The notes under the pieces were generated by a model, which had not been told where the DNA came from, searched no databases, and saw only the letters and a program-made list of their open reading frames with translations. 64,000 nt of DNA from Sarea resinae (Eukaryota): positions 62,001-126,000 of the forward strand of contig JAPEUD010000021.1 in NCBI GenBank assembly GCA_026026165.1. Direction: 5' to 3'. The translations under genes were made by a program, and so were the position numbers. Numbering within the stretch: position 1 is the first letter of the stretch; every line of letters starts with the position of its first letter. This document shows, piece by piece, positions 62,813 to 64,000 of this stretch.

Positions 62813-64000
62813 CTACTCGTGCTCCATGAAATCCTTTAAGCTCTCCCTCTCCGCTGTGCCAGCAGCGATCCGTTTCGCATTCTCAATTTCCCACTCGAAT
62901 TCCTTCAGACACCTCAATTCGCTCCCCACAAACAACCCGCCAATCAGACCGTCGATGACGCCCGCGGCCAAGCCCAGACTACTGACGACCATCAAAATGA
63001 AGGCGACGTAGTTGTGCGGCGACCACCACACGGCGACGAAACAGCCAATCGACACGACAACCGCCGTCACAAAGTGGCCTAGGCGCAGTCGGCGTTGGCG
63101 GTATTCGCGCTGTCTGTAGATTGAAATCATGCAAAGGATCTCATCGTAGGTTTCGACCGCAAAGGGATCGGGGAAGGGTTTCTTGTCTGCGATTTTGACC
63201 TGCTGGCCGCTGCTGGCCGCTTGCGAGGCGGCGTCATCGGCTTTGGATTGTTGGGACGGCGGTCCTTGCCAGCTCAGTGTTGCCTCCACGGAGAAGTGAT
63301 CGCTGAGAGAGCAATTGAGGGTTGGATGCCGTTCGGTCATGCCGACTCTGACGTTTTCCACTAGCCATTCGCCGTCTCCCGTGTAGCCGTTGCCGACAAA
63401 GATGTAATCAAGTCTCTGCGCATCTTTGTCCGGCTCGTTGGCGTCGGCAATGATTTCTTCCGCGGTTTTGGAGTTCGAGAGTTTTCGATTATTGCGGTGC
63501 CAGGTATTGAGGATGCTGTTGGAAGCCATGCCATTCCTCGACATGTTGTACTCAACCGAGTCCGACCGGGTTTGTTTCCTTAGGATCTCTTCGGCCAGAT
63601 TGGAAAAGGGAGAGGCCGACGAATCGGGATGGATGACACGCCAGGCATCCTCGACCGGTGCATGGCCCGTGATGACGCGGTGGGCTAGAGAAAGGGGCAG
63701 CATGTTAAAGTCGCCGACGCAGATGACGAGATGGCCGCGTTCCGTCGCTCCACGCATCATCTTGGCCAACTCCCATGCCTGCGCAGTACGATGGCATATG
63801 TACGAGTCGGCGGGATCTCCAGCATAGAATGCATGGAACTAAGCGGTCGTCAGGGCTGAAGCACTCTAAAAGGCTGTAGACTTACATGAGTGCAGAAAAC
63901 TTCCGCGACGTCTTTGGGGCCCGGTCCGAATCTAATCTTTGCGGATGCCACTCCTTTCCCAACATACCAATCTCCTCGAAAGAACGCAGTGGGTCTCCCA
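62813..64000 (-). CDS. ISC1: Inositol phosphosphingolipid phospholipase C (neutral sphingomyelinase-like); 5' part outside the window
   Basis: RPTAFFRGDWYVGKGVA, EVFCTH|FHA.Y...YICHRTAQAWE, GDFNM.P.SL, RLDYIF and SLSDHFSV, followed by two C-terminal TM helices. Confidence 0.93.

Overview
This is 64 kb of gene-dense genomic DNA from a filamentous ascomycete (Pezizomycotina-type short GT-AG introns with CTRAY branch points). It holds 18 spliced or single-exon protein-coding genes: APN1 (5' truncated), a secreted tyrosinase, SSR4, BUB1/MadBub, an ACS-family MFS permease, a Pil1/Lsp1 (PilB-like) eisosome protein, PRE2, RTG2, THI4, two small single-TM Cys/Pro-rich membrane proteins, ARL8, RPA2, CWF19L1/DRN1, UTP20, ZIM17, CUL3, a GH128-like glucanase and ISC1 (5' truncated); counting the two small membrane genes separately gives 19. 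The clearest non-coding element is a complete TPP riboswitch in the THI4 5'-UTR intron, with alternative donors, uORFs and an anti-aptamer. Less expected signals are: (i) a PilB start codon split by an intron (AT|G) with two in-frame acceptors that would give isoforms with or without a 41-aa N-terminal extension; (ii) a CUL3 first intron that folds almost end to end into one hairpin hiding a stop-generating AG; (iii) a candidate structured RNA upstream of RPA2; (iv) TpA-rich RIP-like tracts, microsatellites and GC-rich codons concentrated at convergent 3' ends. No tRNA, rRNA, CRISPR or intact transposon was recognised. All calls come from reading the sequence and recalling family motifs; no database search or folding program was run.
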